Assembly: GCA_046346635.1 (NCBI GenBank) | Contig: JAXMHT010000007.1 | Span: forward strand, 22,283-86,282 | DNA length: 64,000 nucleotides | From: Verrucomicrobiaceae bacterium | GTDB taxonomy: Bacteria; Verrucomicrobiota; Verrucomicrobiia; Verrucomicrobiales; Verrucomicrobiaceae | Direction of reading: 5' to 3' | Shown here: positions 1-8,781 of the stretch, one piece after another | Layout of the letters: each line of letters starts with the position of its first letter | Numbering within the stretch: position 1 is the stretch's first letter | Translations under genes and position numbers: made by a program | The notes under the pieces: model-generated | Told to the model about the DNA's origin: nothing | What the model saw: the letters and a program-made list of their open reading frames with translations, nothing else | Databases searched by the model: none

Positions 1-186
1 CATGAGTTCCAAGGCACGCCCACGATGGTCACCTACCACCCGAGCTACATCCTGCGGGAGGAAAAGATGAATGGCGGCATGCAGGCGAAGCGCCAGGTGT
101 GGGAGGACATGCTTCAAGTGATGGAACGCCTCGGCCTGCCCATCAGCGAGAAGCAGCGTGGCTACTTCAAAACCGCGGCGAAATAG
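1..186 (+). CDS. uracil-DNA glycosylase family 4, C-terminal fragment (5' end outside window)
   Basis: Frame 1 is open from base 1 to TAG at 184-186 and reads HEFQGTPTMVTYHPSYILREEKMNGG... The HPS[YA][IL]LR block is the C-terminal signature of family-4 UDGs. It is absent from the ORF track because it has no start codon in the window. Confidence 0.6.
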   Translation, partial: HEFQGTPTMVTYHPSYILREEKMNGGMQAKRQVWEDMLQVMERLGLPISEKQRGYFKTAAK

Positions 187-322
187 CCGGGAAGGGGAGT
201 TTTAGGCTCAAAATGGCACAAAACGCTTCGCCGCGGCGGTCGTGGCCGGGGCGGTTACAAGGCCGGACTTGTCCAAATCGGTGAATTCGGCTAGTTTCGG
301 CTCCCCCACTCCCCACCAAACT

Positions 323-2041
323 ATGTTTGATTCCATCCGCAGGGCCAGATTGCAGCGCCAGGGGCTTTCCTGCGGTAAAACGCGGCGAAAGCATCAGGAA
401 GGCGATCTTTTCGATGAGATGCGGACGCACCCGGCGGCCACGGTGGCGGTCTATGTGCTGTTCTTCATCGGTCTCGCCATCCTCCTGCGTGTGGGGGCGA
501 CTCTCGCCGAGGGGGTGCCGCCTCCTGATTTTCTCGACTGGCTGAGCGTGGGTGCCATCGGCACGGCTCTCGTCGTCCATCAACGCGTGGCTTTGCAATG
601 CGAGATGGAGGAGAATGCCACGCTGCTCCTCGTGCTCGGCACGCTTCTGCTGCATCTCGTGCTGGGAGCCATCGTGATCGACTTCGGTGGCAGCCAGGGC
701 TGGCCGCCGGCCTTGCTCGGCATGGCGGTGCCGCATGTGTTTGCGCCGCTGGTGCTCTCGGTGATGCTCGGGCGGAAAATCGGCCTGTTTGGGGCCATTT
801 ACTCCACGCTGCTCGGTTCGATGGTGTTCGGCGGCGTGCTCAATCCGATCACTTACCTGGCCACCTCGTCCCTACTGGGCTTTCTGGCCGTGGTGTTTAC
901 CAAGCGTGTGCGGAAGCGGAACCGTCTTTTCAGCGCTGGTCTGTATGCGGGCGTGGCGGCGGCGGTGTTCTCGCTGATGCTGCACGAGGCCTCCGGCTTG
1001 ATGGAATCGGTGAAGATCACGCGCATGATCGGCGTGCCATTTGTGATCGGCGTGCTCACGGGGATGGTCGTCGGTGGCTTCCTGCCGGTGCTGGAGCAGC
1101 TTTTTGGCGTGACGACCGAGGTGAGCTGGCTCGAACTGGCCGACCTGAACCATCCGCTCATGCGCCGCCTCTCGATCGAGGCTCCCGGCACCTACCATCA
1201 TAGCCTTGTCGTGGCGAATTTGTCCGAGGCGGCTGCCGAGACGATCGGCGCCAGTGCCACGATGTGCCGCGTGTCGTCTTACTTTCACGACATCGGCAAG
1301 CTCTCGAAGCCGGAGTATTTCATCGAGAACATGGATCCCGCGGTGAATCCGCATGAGGACCTCACCGCCCGCATGAGCGCCCTCGTGATCATTGCGCATG
1401 TGAAGGACGGCGTGGACCTCGCCATCAAGCACAACCTCAACTCGCGCATCATTGATGTGATCGAGCAGCACCACGGCACGTCACTGGCGTGGTATTTCTA
1501 CCGTCAGGCACTCGATCAAAAAGCCGAGATGCTCCGCCTTGTGGAGCAGGACAAGGCCAAGGAAGACGACGTGCCGCAAGTGAGTGAGGAGGTCTTCCGT
1601 TATCCGGGGCCGAAGCCGCAGTTCAAAGAAGCCGCCATCATCTCGCTGGCGGATGCGGTGGAGAGTGCCTCCCGCACTCTGGAGAAGCCGAACGCCTCCC
1701 GCATTGAGACAATGGTAAGTGAAATCGTGCAGGCCCGCATGCTCGATGGTCAGCTCGATGAGTGTGACCTGACCATCGCCGAGCTCGCGAAGGTGAAGGC
1801 CAGCTTTTGCAAGACGCTGCTGAGCATGATGCACGGCCGCATCAAGTATCAAAAGGCTGTCGAGGCTGCTCCGACGACGATGATCGCCCGCGATGAGCCC
1901 AAGCCCATGCTCTCCGGATCTTCCGAACCTCCGACGACGGCATCGATGAAGATCGTCGAGGCTTCCTTCGCCGGTCCGGAGGCCGAGGCGAGCGTGAAGA
2001 AGCGTTCGCGCCGCAAATCGCCGCCAGCTTCCGCTGCCTGA
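323..2041 (+). CDS. 7TM-HD membrane phosphohydrolase (PgpH/YqfF-like HDIG protein)
   Basis: ORF 242..2041. Multiple hydrophobic helices are followed by HD-domain motifs HHSLVVANL, YFHDIGK, IIAHVKDG and EQHHGTS. It sits directly upstream of ybeY, as in the conserved yqfF-ybeY arrangement. ATG at 323 is preferred over GTG at 242, but the start is uncertain. Confidence 0.8.
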   Translation: MFDSIRRARLQRQGLSCGKTRRKHQEGDLFDEMRTHPAATVAVYVLFFIGLAILLRVGATLAEGVPPPDFLDWLSVGAIGTALVVHQRVALQCEMEENATLLLVLGTLLLHLVLGAIVIDFGGSQGWPPALLGMAVPHVFAPLVLSVMLGRKIGLFGAIYSTLLGSMVFGGVLNPITYLATSSLLGFLAVVFTKRVRKRNRLFSAGLYAGVAAAVFSLMLHEASGLMESVKITRMIGVPFVIGVLTGMVVGGFLPVLEQLFGVTTEVSWLELADLNHPLMRRLSIEAPGTYHHSLVVANLSEAAAETIGASATMCRVSSYFHDIGKLSKPEYFIENMDPAVNPHEDLTARMSALVIIAHVKDGVDLAIKHNLNSRIIDVIEQHHGTSLAWYFYRQALDQKAEMLRLVEQDKAKEDDVPQVSEEVFRYPGPKPQFKEAAIISLADAVESASRTLEKPNASRIETMVSEIVQARMLDGQLDECDLTIAELAKVKASFCKTLLSMMHGRIKYQKAVEAAPTTMIARDEPKPMLSGSSEPPTTASMKIVEASFAGPEAEASVKKRSRRKSPPASAA

Positions 2042-2511
2042 TGACTGCGAAACGAATCGCCTCGCCGAAAACGGTGCTCTACAACCGGCAGAAGGCCACC
2101 GCGGTGCCGCTGCCTTGGCTGCGTCGCGCGGTCAAAGCCGCGGTGCCGGGCTGCCTCGCGCAGGGAAAAGAGAGGGAGGATGCCGTTTTGGCCACGCTGG
2201 AGGAGGTGGAGATCACCTTTGTCGATGATGCGGAAATCGCTCGCGTGCATGGCGAGTTCCTCGACGATCCCACGCCGACGGATGTGATCACGTTTCACCA
2301 TGGCGAGATCCTCATCAGCACGGAAACCGCCGCTCGCCAGGCCGTGGATCACGGGCAGCCCTTTGATCACGAACTGGCTCTCTACGCGATCCATGGCCTG
2401 CTGCATCTCGCCGGCTGGCATGATGAAGACCCCGCCGAAGCCGAGGCGATGGCTCGCGTGCAGGCCGGTATTTTGAAGGAAGCACTCGCGAAGGTGGGAA
2501 GCGCGTCTTGA
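2041..2511 (+). CDS. ybeY: endoribonuclease YbeY (rRNA maturation)
   Basis: 156 aa with the zinc-binding motif HGLLHLAGWHDED. The start overlaps the upstream stop (ATGA at 2038-2041). Confidence 0.9.
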   Translation: MTAKRIASPKTVLYNRQKATAVPLPWLRRAVKAAVPGCLAQGKEREDAVLATLEEVEITFVDDAEIARVHGEFLDDPTPTDVITFHHGEILISTETAARQAVDHGQPFDHELALYAIHGLLHLAGWHDEDPAEAEAMARVQAGILKEALAKVGSAS

Positions 2512-2541
2512 TCTTCACGCGGCTCCGGGCAGGCTGGGCGC

Positions 2542-3762
2542 ATGAAGCCCTTTTTGATGCTTTTTGCCTGCCTCAGCCTTTCCAGCCATGCCGCGGACTG
2601 GCCGCAGTTTCTCGGTCCGAATCGCGATGGCAGTGCCGCAGCATCCGAAAAGCCGGTCGAGGGCACCGAGGAGGCGGTGACGCTTTGGAAAAAAGAGCTC
2701 GGCAGCGGCTTTGCCGGCCCGGTGATCGCGAAAGGGCAGGTAATTGTTTTTCACCGCCAGGGCGATGAGATGGTCACGGAGGCGCTGAATGCCGCGGATG
2801 GCCAGGCAGTTTGGAAGCACAGCTATGCCACGGACTACCGCGACAGCTTTGGCTTCGACAATGGCCCGCGTGCCGTGCCCGCGGTGGCGGATGGCGTCAT
2901 CTTCACGCATGGGCCTGAAGGTCGCGTGGAGGCACTGAAACTGGCCGATGGCTCGCTCGTCTGGAGTTTTGACACCGTGAAGGAGGTCGGATCGCCGCAG
3001 GGGTTCTTTGGCCGCGCTTGCTCGCCGCTGGTGATGGATGGCAAAGTGCTGCTCAATGTCGGCGGAGAAGGCGGCGCAGGCATCATCGCCCTCGATGCGA
3101 AGGACGGGCACCTGCTTTGGAAAGCCACACCGCACGAGGCGGGCTATGCCTCGGGCGTGGTGATGCCGGGCGATGCCTCCGTGGCGGCGTTTTTCACTCG
3201 GAATGGCATTTCAGTCCTGCAAGCCGCCGATGGCAAGGTGCTGGCCGATGAACGTCTCCGTGCCGAAATGGAGGCCAGCGTGAATGCCGCCACGCCGCTC
3301 GCCTGCGGGGATGGCCGTTTGTTTTTCTCGGCCTGCTACGATGTCGGCGCTGGCATCTGGCAGTGGGACAAATCGAAAAAGGTCCTCACGAATGTGTGGA
3401 ACAAGGGCGATGCACTCGATTGCCACTACTCGACCCCGGTCTGGCATGACGGGCATCTTTACGGCTTTCACGGCCGGCAGGAAAGCGGTGCGGTGCTGCG
3501 TTGCGTGTCAGGCACCGATGGCAGCGTGAAATGGGAAGCACCGATGAACGTGCCCGGCGGCACTTTGATTCGCATCCACGACAAATTACTTGTCGTCACC
3601 GAACGCGGTGAACTTTGGGTTGTGAAGGCTGATCCGGCCAAGTTCGATCTTTTGAGCACCACGCAGATCATGGGCCTTCGCCATCGCAGCCATGCCGCTT
3701 TCGCAGACGGAGTGCTCTACGCCCGCGACTCGGATAAAATCGTCGCGGTGAAGGTGAAGTGA
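2542..3762 (+). CDS. secreted PQQ-like beta-propeller repeat protein (BamB-like fold family)
   Basis: Signal peptide MKPFLMLFACLSLSSHA followed by DWPQFLGPNRDG, the typical N-terminus of PQQ-like repeat proteins in PVC bacteria. Repeated G-x-V/L-Y-A/F-x-D/G propeller-blade patterns follow. Confidence 0.6.
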   Translation: MKPFLMLFACLSLSSHAADWPQFLGPNRDGSAAASEKPVEGTEEAVTLWKKELGSGFAGPVIAKGQVIVFHRQGDEMVTEALNAADGQAVWKHSYATDYRDSFGFDNGPRAVPAVADGVIFTHGPEGRVEALKLADGSLVWSFDTVKEVGSPQGFFGRACSPLVMDGKVLLNVGGEGGAGIIALDAKDGHLLWKATPHEAGYASGVVMPGDASVAAFFTRNGISVLQAADGKVLADERLRAEMEASVNAATPLACGDGRLFFSACYDVGAGIWQWDKSKKVLTNVWNKGDALDCHYSTPVWHDGHLYGFHGRQESGAVLRCVSGTDGSVKWEAPMNVPGGTLIRIHDKLLVVTERGELWVVKADPAKFDLLSTTQIMGLRHRSHAAFADGVLYARDSDKIVAVKVK

Positions 3763-3766
3763 CCCC

Positions 3767-5185
3767 TCAACGCAGTCGAGAACGGCGACGCAAAAGGAAA
3801 AGCAGCCCTGCCGAGCCGAGCAAAACGGCTCCGGTGGGTTCCGGGACCGGCAGCAGGAAATTGTCCACGGTGTAGGTTGCGACGGCATCCCCAAGGGTCG
3901 CCCCATCCGTGTTGTCCGACATCCAGTGGATGCCGCCATAGATGCGGCTCATGCCCGCCTCCTCGGCAGCTTCGCTGAAGCTGTTGAAGGAGCGGGTGTA
4001 GCCCACCGGCAGGAAGGGGGACTCTGAATCCACCGTGAAGGACATGTTGTCCGTGCCGAAGAAGGCGGCGAGCACGGAGGCACCAGCCATGCTGAAGGCG
4101 CTGTGACCGCTGGTGTAGGAACCAAATGACGGTGTGGGGATCAGCGGCGTCCAGGCGGCATCGACGAGGGTGTCAGGATTGCCATCGGTATCGGCCGTGT
4201 TGATCGCGAGCATGGGACGCCAGTTGTCGAAATAGACCTTGGCTTCCCAAGTGGCGATGCCTGTGTCAGCTTCCGCCAAGTTCAAAAGGGCGAACAAACG
4301 GGCATTTTGCTCCAGGTTCAGGCCGGCTGAGGCCGAGATGCTCTGTGCAATGCGGTTCCAATGGCCGGGAGGGGACGCAGTTCCCGGGCCATCTACCCAA
4401 AAGTAGGCGATCACCGTCTGATCCGCCGTGCGGGTGGAACTCGTGGAGCTGCCGAGGCTCTTGATCTGGTTGAACTCAGCTGTGTAGGCGGAGCTTTGAA
4501 CCCACGCCTGGTAGTCTGCTGGAGTGGTGCCGTTCAGGCCCGCGGGACCGCCGGGACGGAACTGGCTCGCGCTTGTAAGCGCGAACGGTGTCACATTGTT
4601 CCACTGGCTGTAGAGAAAGGTTCCCGAGTTCGCACCCCAGGCACCCGGATTGGTGCCGGGCTGCCAGCGGCCAACCGTGCCGAAGGGCTGGGGGCTGTAG
4701 GTGGGGGCCGCGTTCCAACCGTCACTGGCACGTGCGCCCACCATCGCTGCCGCTGCCGCCGCGCCTACCTCCGTGCCGCGCGTCTTCGAGTCTCCGGCGG
4801 CGATGGATGACATTTGGTTGTTGTAGAGGTTGGTGAAGTTGGAGAGGTAGGGGTTGCCAGCGCCGTAGCGATCCGTGTAAATGGAGGTCAGGGTGTTGTA
4901 GGCGGCGGTGGCAGCGGCGGCCTCCATATCAACGCCGACGCCTGCTGTGGTGGGGTCAAAGTAGCCCAAATACGACTGGTAATTACGGTTGACGGAGTTC
5001 ACCGCGTCGAAGACGGCACCACCCAGCATGCCCATGGTTCGCGAATTGATTGGCGGGGCAGCGGAACTGGCTTCAGCCGCGAAAGTCTGGAGCATGATCT
5101 GATTCCACTCGGTCACCACATCGGCGTGGAGCACGGGAGTGGCTGTGAAGAGGGCTAAGGCGAGGATTTGGCGGGTGCGGATCAT
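3767..5185 (-). CDS. PAP2 / vanadium-haloperoxidase-like enzyme with PEP-CTERM sorting signal
   Basis: Signal peptide, PAP2-type motifs GSYTSGHSAF and SRIYGGIHW, and a C-terminal VPEPTGAVLLGSAGLLFLLRRRSRLR (PEP motif, TM helix, Arg cluster). Confidence 0.65.
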   Translation of the reverse strand: MIRTRQILALALFTATPVLHADVVTEWNQIMLQTFAAEASSAAPPINSRTMGMLGGAVFDAVNSVNRNYQSYLGYFDPTTAGVGVDMEAAAATAAYNTLTSIYTDRYGAGNPYLSNFTNLYNNQMSSIAAGDSKTRGTEVGAAAAAAMVGARASDGWNAAPTYSPQPFGTVGRWQPGTNPGAWGANSGTFLYSQWNNVTPFALTSASQFRPGGPAGLNGTTPADYQAWVQSSAYTAEFNQIKSLGSSTSSTRTADQTVIAYFWVDGPGTASPPGHWNRIAQSISASAGLNLEQNARLFALLNLAEADTGIATWEAKVYFDNWRPMLAINTADTDGNPDTLVDAAWTPLIPTPSFGSYTSGHSAFSMAGASVLAAFFGTDNMSFTVDSESPFLPVGYTRSFNSFSEAAEEAGMSRIYGGIHWMSDNTDGATLGDAVATYTVDNFLLPVPEPTGAVLLGSAGLLFLLRRRSRLR

Positions 5186-5202
5186 GATGGCTCAATGGTG
5201 AA

Positions 5203-5222
5203 TTATTCAGAATGCTGAATAA
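5203..5222. promoter_or_regulatory. 8+8 bp palindrome TTATTCAG-aatg-CTGAATAA in an AT-rich promoter region
   Basis: Perfect inverted repeat read directly from the sequence. It lies 18-37 nt upstream of the start codon (5183-5185, minus strand) of the haloperoxidase-like gene. Confidence 0.3.
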
Positions 5223-5315
5223 AATAAACCCAATGAACCATATTGAAAAGAGTTTTCTATAAAAAACAGTAATACTCGGAGCCGATTTCACCTGACTGCG
5301 TCCCTTTGCAGCCTG

Positions 5316-5540
5316 TTAATGACAGCCACAGCCTGAACCACAGCCGCCACCCGTCTTCGAAGGCGCAGGGCTACCCCCTGCACCCATGAGCCCCGTGCCC
5401 CCGATTGGCACCCTGCGCACCGGTTTGCCGGTCTCTGGATGGCTGCTGAGAGGAACGTCTTTCATGCTTTGGCGCATTTCGAAGCGCACGGGCTGCTCGC
5501 CTTCGTGTTGGGGGATGGTTTCGTAAACGTAAGTGGGCAT
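5316..5540 (-). CDS. FmdB-like small protein lacking the zinc-ribbon cysteines, with a C-terminal Cys cluster
   Basis: ORF 5316..5594. The internal ATG at 5538-5540 gives MPTYVYETIPQHEGEQPVRFEMRQSMKDVPLSSHPETGKPVRRV...GGGCGSGCGCH. An AAAGGA Shine-Dalgarno-like sequence lies upstream of that ATG. Confidence 0.5.
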   Translation of the reverse strand: MPTYVYETIPQHEGEQPVRFEMRQSMKDVPLSSHPETGKPVRRVPIGGTGLMGAGGSPAPSKTGGGCGSGCGCH

Positions 5541-5603
5541 GGTCTTGGATCCTTTAGTGTCCTTCCGGCCTTTCGCGACCTCAAAAATACGCATTTCCGA
5601 AGC

Positions 5604-6380
5604 TCAGTGTAGCTTCAAGGTCACAGCACTGGAATCCTTGAGCTCCAACCCAGCTTCGCGGCGGGTCATTTGCTCAAACTGAGTTGCCCAGTCCCGCATG
5701 GACTGCTCGGCGTGACCGTAGGGCAGGAAGTCGCGGGCGTTGAAGAAGGTCAGCTTGTCGGCCTCGTTGTCCGCAAATTGGAAAAACACCCGGCTTCCGT
5801 TTGGGGTGATCACCTTGCCCTCGATGGCCATGTTTCCAGAGGTGAACCAGCGGGCGAGGGAGGCCGCGGGAGTGACTGCCACTTTCATCAAGGTGAGCGC
5901 CGCGTTGCCGTTCGGGCTGGTGGGATTCAGCTCGGTGATGGCCAGTTTCAGGGTGAGGGTGTCATTGCCCGGTGCTTTAACGAGTTGGTAACGCGGTCGG
6001 GGCGACTCCCTAAAGGCAGCGGCGAATTCCTCCCGCAGCTTCCAGGCCATCCACTGCTCCTGCCGCTGCAGTCCCCAGCGCAGTTCCTGGCGTGTGACCG
6101 CCTTCTTGGGAACCCTCAGGTAAGCCAGGCTCACCGGGGCGATGTAGATTTTCTTCGCCGCGTTGCCCTCCCGGAGCACATTGGAGTCAGCAGTGGTCCA
6201 GACCGTCTGAAACGGCAGCTTGCCTTTCGTGTCGATGGCCTTGGAGCGATTCTCGAAGAAGCCGGAGAGCCTCACCGGTCGCGCTTTGAGCATGTGATTC
6301 GTTGCCGAGCACGAGGATAAGAACATCAGGCAGGGCAGCAGGAGCAAAATCAGGCGGCAGGGCAGGGAGGACGGCATCAC
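5604..6380 (-). CDS. putative lipoprotein, function unknown
   Basis: 258-aa ORF with a lipobox-type leader, LLLLPCLMFLSSC. It is in the same orientation as, and just upstream of, the FmdB-like gene. Confidence 0.6.
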   Translation of the reverse strand: MMPSSLPCRLILLLLPCLMFLSSCSATNHMLKARPVRLSGFFENRSKAIDTKGKLPFQTVWTTADSNVLREGNAAKKIYIAPVSLAYLRVPKKAVTRQELRWGLQRQEQWMAWKLREEFAAAFRESPRPRYQLVKAPGNDTLTLKLAITELNPTSPNGNAALTLMKVAVTPAASLARWFTSGNMAIEGKVITPNGSRVFFQFADNEADKLTFFNARDFLPYGHAEQSMRDWATQFEQMTRREAGLELKDSSAVTLKLH

Positions 6381-6576
6381 ACGCAGGCCAAAGGCTATCG
6401 AATCGGAGCTCGAAGCACAATATCAGAGTCTGCATCTGGCCTCGGGACCCTCATTTTGTGGTTTTCAGGGCCACTCCTCTCCCTCAGGCAAGACGCCCTT
6501 TGGCATCCAGTGTGCGCGGATTGTCATCCTCGGGCTGTGCTGACACGTTGGCATGTGCCACGGCGTTTGGGCTCTC

Positions 6577-8742
6577 ATGAAAGCCACGCTGCACCTCTCG
6601 CTCGTCGCTGTCGCCTCCTGCTTGATCGCGCCATTGCAGGCTGCTGACACCTCCGCCGCCTCCAAACAGATCGACTCGCTGCTCGCCCAGAGCTGGCAGA
6701 AGCACAAGATCACGCCGAACCCGCTCGTCGATGACGCCACCTTCCTGCGCCGCGCTTATTTGACTGTCGCGGGCCGCATCCCGACTTATGAGGAGGCGAA
6801 GGCCTTCCACGCCTGCATCGCCAAGGACAAGCGGGCGAAGCTGATCGACTCGCTGCTCGCCAGCGAAGGCTATGTGCAGAATTTCTTCAACTACTGGGCC
6901 GATGTGCTGCGTGCGCAGACGCAAGGCGTCGCTGGCAGCACCACGGCGGAGAACTATGTGAACTACCTCCGCCAGTCGCTGCGCGAAAACAAACCGTGGG
7001 ACCAGATGGCCCGCGAGCTCGTCTCCAGCGAAGGTTCCTGCTTCGACACCGGCGCGATCGGCTACTACATGCGCGACCGCGGCATGCCGCTCGACAATTT
7101 GTCGAACACCACGCGCATCTTTCTCGGCACGCGCATGGAGTGCGCCCAGTGCCACGATCATCCCTTCGACAAATGGACGCAGAAGCAGTTCTACGAGATG
7201 GCGGCCTTCACGCACAACATGACGGCGTCCAGCTATCGCTCGAAGGGCAACGACGAGGTCAGCAAGATGATCCGCGCCAACAAGGCGATCGACAAGGAAA
7301 CGCAGGACCTCATGCGCCAGGCGCTCCAAGAAGTCTTCCGACCGTTGCGTGACACCCTCGTCGTGCAAAACAAGAGCAGCATCCGCCTGCCGCACGATTA
7401 CAAGTATCAGGATGCGAAACCGAAAGACGTTGTACCTGCCTCGGTGATGTTTGGCAAGCCCGTCACGCTCACCAAGGAGTCGAACACCATCGGCGAATTC
7501 GGCAAATGGCTCACCTCCGCGGAAAATCCGCGCTTCACCACCATCATCGCGAACCGCCTGTGGAAGCGCGTTTTCGGCGTCGGCATCTACGAGCAGGTCG
7601 ATGAGATGATGGACACCTCCGTCGCCTCGAATCCCGAATTGATGCGCTTCCTCGAAAAACAGATGGTCGCGCTCAAATACGACATGAAGGCCTACCTGCG
7701 CATGCTGCTGAACACGCAGGCCTTTGCCCGCGCCAGCGAGAAAGAAGCGCCTCCCGGCGTGCCCTACTACTTCCAAGGTCCCGTCTTCCGCCGCATGACC
7801 GCAGAGCAGGTCTGGGACTCCATGGTGGCCCTCGTCAGCCCCGATCCCGAGCAGCCAAACTGGTCCGCCCGCGAGCGTGAACGTCGCGAGCTCAACAACC
7901 GCCACAACCTCGCCAAGATGCTCGACAAAACCGAGCCCGAACTCCTTTTCGAAGCCGCCAAACTCGTCGCCGCCGCGATGAAGGATCAAAACAAGGAATT
8001 CGACCAGCTTCGCAAAGAACTCGATGTCGCCCGTGCGAAGGACGACAAGGAAAAGGCCAAGGAAATCCAGCGCCGCCTCAATGACAGCCAGCGCATCCTG
8101 CGCGAGACCGTTTCGAAGTGCTTCTACGAGGCCGCGAAGAAGTCGAACAACCAAGAAATCCAGGCCCAGCTCGCCGCCAGCGCCGGAGACGGCCCCATGG
8201 AGATGGCGATGATGAACATGATGGAAAACGCCCGCGTCGATGCCAAGGAAGCGCCGCTGAATGACAAGCTCATGAGCCGCATCAAGGCCGACGAAGCCCT
8301 TCTCGGCATCAAGGACCCAAAGAGCATCAAGAGCTACGAAAACTACCAGAAGACGCTTCACCAAACCTGGAGCCGCGCCGCCGAACTGCCCTCGCCCGCC
8401 CCGCGCGGCCACTTCCTCCGCGAATTCGGCCAGAGCGACCGCGACGTCATCGAAAACTCCTCCGATGAAGCCTCCGTGCCGCAAGCCCTCACCATCATGA
8501 ACGGCTCGCTCCTCAGCAGCATCACCAGCGGCTGGTCCACCTTCAGTCTGAACCTCCGCAAAGCCGCCACGAACGAGGAAAAGATCGATGTTCTCTTCCT
8601 CAGCCTCTACTCCCGCCCGCCCACCGAGAAGGAAAAAGCCAAGCTGCTGCAAACCCTCGAATCCTACGCCTCCAACAAGGCCCTCTGGGAAGACATCACC
8701 CTCGCCGCCCTCAGCACGCAGCGCTTCATCTTCGTCGAGTGA
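6577..8742 (+). CDS. DUF1549 (PSCyt2) / DUF1553 (PSD1) domain protein, copy 1
   Basis: Signal peptide MKATLHLSLVAVASCLIAPLQA. Conserved blocks are FLRRAYLTVAGRIPT, YVQNFFNYWADVLR, GAIGYYMRDRGMPLDN, ECAQCHDHPFDKW and SAPRGHFLREFGQSDR. It is paralogous to 50113..52596. Confidence 0.85.
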   Translation: MKATLHLSLVAVASCLIAPLQAADTSAASKQIDSLLAQSWQKHKITPNPLVDDATFLRRAYLTVAGRIPTYEEAKAFHACIAKDKRAKLIDSLLASEGYVQNFFNYWADVLRAQTQGVAGSTTAENYVNYLRQSLRENKPWDQMARELVSSEGSCFDTGAIGYYMRDRGMPLDNLSNTTRIFLGTRMECAQCHDHPFDKWTQKQFYEMAAFTHNMTASSYRSKGNDEVSKMIRANKAIDKETQDLMRQALQEVFRPLRDTLVVQNKSSIRLPHDYKYQDAKPKDVVPASVMFGKPVTLTKESNTIGEFGKWLTSAENPRFTTIIANRLWKRVFGVGIYEQVDEMMDTSVASNPELMRFLEKQMVALKYDMKAYLRMLLNTQAFARASEKEAPPGVPYYFQGPVFRRMTAEQVWDSMVALVSPDPEQPNWSARERERRELNNRHNLAKMLDKTEPELLFEAAKLVAAAMKDQNKEFDQLRKELDVARAKDDKEKAKEIQRRLNDSQRILRETVSKCFYEAAKKSNNQEIQAQLAASAGDGPMEMAMMNMMENARVDAKEAPLNDKLMSRIKADEALLGIKDPKSIKSYENYQKTLHQTWSRAAELPSPAPRGHFLREFGQSDRDVIENSSDEASVPQALTIMNGSLLSSITSGWSTFSLNLRKAATNEEKIDVLFLSLYSRPPTEKEKAKLLQTLESYASNKALWEDITLAALSTQRFIFVE

Positions 8743-8781
8743 CGCAACTTGGAACTTTAAACCTCAAACTTGGAACTCTTT

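Noticed and set aside
242-322. GTG start at 242 for the 7TM-HD protein, and analogous far-upstream alternative starts for other genes (5594, 6553, 8770, 13735, 23664, 24730, 49116, 55647, 61585).
   Set aside because: In each case an internal ATG gives a canonical N-terminus (signal peptide, Tat leader, lipobox, helix-turn-helix or a conserved ribosomal start). The extension is either unconserved-looking or overlaps a neighbouring gene or promoter. The exact starts remain unverified.
7141-7155. Calling the DUF1549/1553 proteins c-type cytochromes on the basis of CAQCH.
   Set aside because: A single CxxCH occurrence is common by chance and the surrounding domain is not a recognisable cytochrome c fold. 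It is reported only as a motif to test, not as an annotation.
6484-8652. 722-aa ORF on the minus strand, antisense to the DUF1549/1553 gene. Similar long antisense ORFs occur at 8764-10086, 10083-11276, 25462-26910, 33010-34689, 36505-38748, 40601-41830, 51136-52641, 52458-53975, 23513-24664, 60323-61423 and 61626-62654.
   Set aside because: Each lies opposite a gene with strong family motifs (EF-G, PBP2, ribosomal proteins and others). Their translations are Gly/Ala/Arg/Val-rich low-information sequence, typical of stop-poor antisense frames in high-GC DNA.
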